This document shows positions 16,364-20,000 of a stretch of 20,000 nucleotides of DNA, one piece after another (the first letter of the stretch is position 1; every line of letters begins with the position of its first letter). The translations under genes were made by a program, and so were the position numbers. Under the pieces are notes generated by a model that worked only from the letters and a program-made list of their open reading frames with translations, had not been told where the DNA came from and did no database searches. Where the stretch lies: IMG/VR virus record IMGVR_UViG_3300030095_004072. One strand, 5' to 3'. The DNA comes from an uncultured virus (IMG/VR IMGVR_UViG_3300030095_004072). Lineage: Duplodnaviria > Heunggongvirae > Uroviricota > Caudoviricetes > Crassvirales.

Positions 16364-18982
16364 ATGGCAATTAATTTTTTACAAGACGTATCCTTAAATA
16401 ATACGCAATTAACAAATTTTAAGGTACAAAATTTAACAGGAACACTTCCGTCAAGTTTAGGTGGAGAGGGTCAGTTAATATATAAAACAGATACTAACGA
16501 ACTTTATTTACACAAAGGATCAAACTCTTGGGAGGAATTAAGCACAGGCGGATCGGTTACTTCTGTAGGTGTTTCAAGTAATTACTTAACTATTGGTAGT
16601 TCGCCAATAACAAGTAGTGGAACAATATCAGTTAATGTGCCAAACTCTGGCGTAACTGCAGCATCATATACTCATGCAAGTATTACTGTAAATGCACAAG
16701 GTATTGTAACTGCAGCATCAAATGGTACTGCTACATTAGGTGTAACTTCATTCACTAATGCTAACGGAACATTTGTTTCTGCTGGAACAGCAAATTCAAG
16801 TGCAACAGGTGCTGTAACAATGGGTACTATTGATTTATCAGCAGGAGGAACACCAAGTTCTTCTACGTTCTTAAGAGGTGATAATACATGGGCATCTGTA
16901 CCTGGGGGATATACTTCATGGACACTACAAGGTGATTCAGGTACTAATCTAACGGTAACTGACGGAACAACAATTGATCTTGCAGGTGGTACGGGTGTTT
17001 CTACAGCAACTACAGCTACAGGAATGACAATAACAAATACAGGTGTGACTTCTGCAGTAGCAGGATCAAATATATCTGTAAGTAGTGCAACAGGTGCTGT
17101 AACAATAGCATACACGGGAGGAACAGGTTCTATGAATTCTTGGAATTTAGCAGGAGACAGTGGTTCTCAAAGTATTGTTAATGGAAATACAGCAACCTTT
17201 ATTGGTGGAACGGGGTTAACAACCGCTGCAAGTGCATCGGATGATTTAACTATTACTCTTGATGATACAGCAGTATCTCCTGGTTCATATACTTTAGCAT
17301 CTATTACAGTTGACCAACAAGGGCGTATTACTTCTGCTTCAAGTGGTTCTTCAGGGGCGATGACAACATGGAAAATTGGTTCTACTTCAGGAACAGATCA
17401 AACGGTAAGTGATGGACAAACAGTAGACGTTGTTGGGGGAACATATATAACAGGATCAGTTGGAGGAACGAGAACAGTTACTCTTGCTCACGACACAACA
17501 TCAAGAACAAACAACACAAGCTCCACTTCTCCAGGATCAGCAGGAACATTTACTGCTATTGACACTATTACTACTAATACTACAGGTCACGTAACAGCTG
17601 TTAATACAAAAACTGTTACAATGCCTACTGTACCTACAAGTGATAATTATCAATACTGGACTTTACAAGGTGATACAGGAACAAACTTAAATGTAACAAG
17701 TACATTGGTTGCTGATATTGCGGGTGGAGACGGTATATCTACAGCAACAACTGCTACAGGAATGACTCTTACTAATGACGGGGTTATTGAGGCAGCAGCA
17801 AGCACAGGTATTAGTGTTAGTTCAGCTACGGGGTCAGTTACCTTTACAAATACAGGGGTAACTTCAGTTGCGGGAGGCACAGGAATAAGCGTTAGTGCTT
17901 CTACTGGAGGTGTTACAATAACTAACACATCTACTAATACTGATGCAAATTATGCATTAAGTGTAGGAGCTGTATCATCAAACGAATCTACATTATCGTT
18001 AGTTGGTTCTTCAGGAGGTTCTACAACAACAGCTAAATTCTCTGGAACTTCTAATGAAATACAAATAACAACTCCATCTACAGGAAACGGAGGTGATATA
18101 ACTATTGGATTACCAGATGATGTAACTATAACATCGGATTTAACAGTTGGAGATAACTTAACAATGACAGGTGGTAATTTAAGTGTTACGGGTACTGGTT
18201 CATTTACAGGACAAGTAACTGTACCAACAACACCTTCAGCTTCAACTGATGCTGCATCTAAAAATTATGTAGATACAAGTATTTCAGGTTCAGGAGCTTT
18301 AATTTATCAAGGAGGATATAATGCAAGTACGAATACTCCAAACTTAACAAGTACAGGTCAAGGAATATTAAAAGGATTTACTTATGCTGTAACAGCAGCA
18401 GGTAATGCATCTGGATTCTGGAGTCCTACTTTAGAAATTGGTGATTTAGTTATTGCTAATCAAGATAATCCTGCATCGGCAGCTGATTGGACTGAAATTA
18501 ACAAAAACATTGACGTTGCAACAGCAACAGTTCAAGGTATTGCTAACTTCCCAACTGCTGGCGGACTTTCAGTTTCTAATGGGGCTGTTAGTATGGCAAC
18601 TCAAACTTCTAACGGGACTTACGGTGGAGTTACAAAATCATTATCAACTACAATAGATACTAAGGGTAGGGTTACTGCGATGTCAGAAAATACTATTGCA
18701 ATACCAGCATCACAGATTACAGATTTTTGTGCAGCTGTAACAACTTGTATTGGTAACAATCATAATTACGCAGTAGATATTGGAGATGATTCTGCTACAA
18801 CATATGTTGTTACTCATAACTTAGGAACAAGAGACGTTATGGTTCAATGTTACTACACTGCTTCTCCTTATGGAACAGTAGAGCTTCAAGTTGAAAGAAA
18901 TTCTACAAGTCAAGTTACTTTAAGTACAGTTGATGCTTTAGCTAATGATTCTGTTAGAGTTTTAGTTACTGAGATACTTTAA
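16364..18982 (+). CDS. Long tail fibre / receptor-binding protein
   Basis: 872 aa, T/S/G-rich. Tail-fibre repeats (SYT.ASITV..QG..T.AS), TFLRGDNTW, DAASKNYVD and a C-terminal VTHNLG module. Confidence 0.85.
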   Translation: MAINFLQDVSLNNTQLTNFKVQNLTGTLPSSLGGEGQLIYKTDTNELYLHKGSNSWEELSTGGSVTSVGVSSNYLTIGSSPITSSGTISVNVPNSGVTAASYTHASITVNAQGIVTAASNGTATLGVTSFTNANGTFVSAGTANSSATGAVTMGTIDLSAGGTPSSSTFLRGDNTWASVPGGYTSWTLQGDSGTNLTVTDGTTIDLAGGTGVSTATTATGMTITNTGVTSAVAGSNISVSSATGAVTIAYTGGTGSMNSWNLAGDSGSQSIVNGNTATFIGGTGLTTAASASDDLTITLDDTAVSPGSYTLASITVDQQGRITSASSGSSGAMTTWKIGSTSGTDQTVSDGQTVDVVGGTYITGSVGGTRTVTLAHDTTSRTNNTSSTSPGSAGTFTAIDTITTNTTGHVTAVNTKTVTMPTVPTSDNYQYWTLQGDTGTNLNVTSTLVADIAGGDGISTATTATGMTLTNDGVIEAAASTGISVSSATGSVTFTNTGVTSVAGGTGISVSASTGGVTITNTSTNTDANYALSVGAVSSNESTLSLVGSSGGSTTTAKFSGTSNEIQITTPSTGNGGDITIGLPDDVTITSDLTVGDNLTMTGGNLSVTGTGSFTGQVTVPTTPSASTDAASKNYVDTSISGSGALIYQGGYNASTNTPNLTSTGQGILKGFTYAVTAAGNASGFWSPTLEIGDLVIANQDNPASAADWTEINKNIDVATATVQGIANFPTAGGLSVSNGAVSMATQTSNGTYGGVTKSLSTTIDTKGRVTAMSENTIAIPASQITDFCAAVTTCIGNNHNYAVDIGDDSATTYVVTHNLGTRDVMVQCYYTASPYGTVELQVERNSTSQVTLSTVDALANDSVRVLVTEIL

Positions 18983-19060
18983 TCAAACTTACATATACGG
19001 ATTAGATTATTAGCAAAACGCTTTTAATTTAATTCGTATATTTGTAAAAATCTATTTTTC

Positions 19061-20000
19061 ATGGCTATTAATTTTCTTCAATCTACTAAATTACCTGACG
19101 ATGTAAAGTTACAGTTTGGAGATAGTACGGATTTTGAAATATATCATGACGCTACAACAAACCAAAATAAAATAACTTCATTACTTGGTAGGCAACTATT
19201 AATTAATTCAGCAAGTGTTGTAATAAACAACGCAGCAGATACTCAAAATATGATTATTGCTACTGATGGAGGGGCGGTATCTCTTTATTGTGCGGGAAGT
19301 TTAAAACTTGCAACTACAAGTGTAGGGTCAACCATAACAGGTGGGCTTACTACAACGGCATCATCAAGTCTTGCGGGAGCAAATATGTCGGCAGGTATTG
19401 CAATGGGTACTAATGCTATTACAGGAATGGCCGACCCATCATCTGCACAAGACGCCGCAACAAAAGCATATGTAGATTCACAAATATCAGGAGTTCCACA
19501 AGGAACAGTAACTGGTACAGGGGTTGATAATAGATTAGCTATTTGGAATGGCACAACTGCTATTGATTCTGATTCAGACTTTTATGTAGATGGTAATACA
19601 ATTTTTACAACAAATTTAGAAGCATCTGGTTCAATAACTTGGAGTGGTGGCAGCTCATCAGAGTCTAACTCTGCATACGATAATATGATAACCGCTTTTA
19701 GTGATTCAGGTTCATCAACTATTACTTTAACATTAACTCAACAAGATGGAGGCACTTTAACTACTGCATTTAGTAATCCACAAGGTACAGTAACAGGTGT
19801 AACAGGAACTGCTCCAGTAGTTTCTTCAGGAGGAACAACTCCAGCGATTTCAATGGCAGCGGCTACAGGTTCTGTAAATGGTTACTTAACAAGTTCAGAC
19901 TGGACAACATTTAACAATAAAGGTAGCGGATCTATGTCAAGCTGGCTTTTAACGGGAGATAGTGGAGGTTCAGCGACAATAGATAATGGGGAGACAGTAG
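19061..20000 (+). CDS. Second tail fibre protein (partial, runs off window)
   Basis: ATG 19061 MAINFLQSTKLPDDVKLQFGDSTDFEIYHD...; contains DAATKAYVD and GYLTSSDWTTFNNK; frame consistent up to the window end. TATATTTG box at 19037-19044. Confidence 0.85.
   Translation, partial: MAINFLQSTKLPDDVKLQFGDSTDFEIYHDATTNQNKITSLLGRQLLINSASVVINNAADTQNMIIATDGGAVSLYCAGSLKLATTSVGSTITGGLTTTASSSLAGANMSAGIAMGTNAITGMADPSSAQDAATKAYVDSQISGVPQGTVTGTGVDNRLAIWNGTTAIDSDSDFYVDGNTIFTTNLEASGSITWSGGSSSESNSAYDNMITAFSDSGSSTITLTLTQQDGGTLTTAFSNPQGTVTGVTGTAPVVSSGGTTPAISMAAATGSVNGYLTSSDWTTFNNKGSGSMSSWLLTGDSGGSATIDNGETV

Noticed and set aside
9248..19554. Minus-strand ORFs at 9248, 9268, 11434, 11694, 13212, 13434, 14387, 14949, 16672, 17650 and 19285, and alternative-frame ORFs at 10030 and 18453
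   Set aside because: They overlap recognisable genes and mirror their codon bias, with no independent support.
1..20000. Stop-codon reassignment, tRNA genes, or introns/inteins
   Set aside because: Genes tile densely under the standard code, no cloverleaf was seen, and GroEL, the amidase and the methyltransferase are uninterrupted.

Overview
AT-rich segment of a tailed dsDNA phage, most likely infecting Bacteroidota (Flavobacteriia-like). The host inference rests on repeated TAnnTTTG/TAnnTTTA (-7) promoter boxes, A/T-rich leaders without Shine-Dalgarno motifs, and a Bacteroidota-style outer-membrane beta-barrel gene. The left arm (1-6748, minus strand) carries small early/middle genes, including a DnaA-domain-IV-like protein, a DUF3310-like protein and a C5 DNA methyltransferase. 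A ~580-bp non-coding, strand-skewed region (6749-7332) separates it from the right arm (mostly plus strand): GroEL, a MazG-like protein, GroES, a cluster of small basic proteins, an amidase endolysin plus holin, a beta-barrel protein and tail-fibre genes. The most notable feature is a four-gene putative early operon (promoter ~6800 to terminator ~4140). Each of its three intergenic spaces holds one copy of a 42-nt two-stem hairpin with compensatory base changes. The same region lacks CCWG/CWGG tetramers as far as the methyltransferase gene, and a GGACTTACG 9-mer recurs 7 times in the window. All family assignments come from motif recognition by eye; no searches were run.
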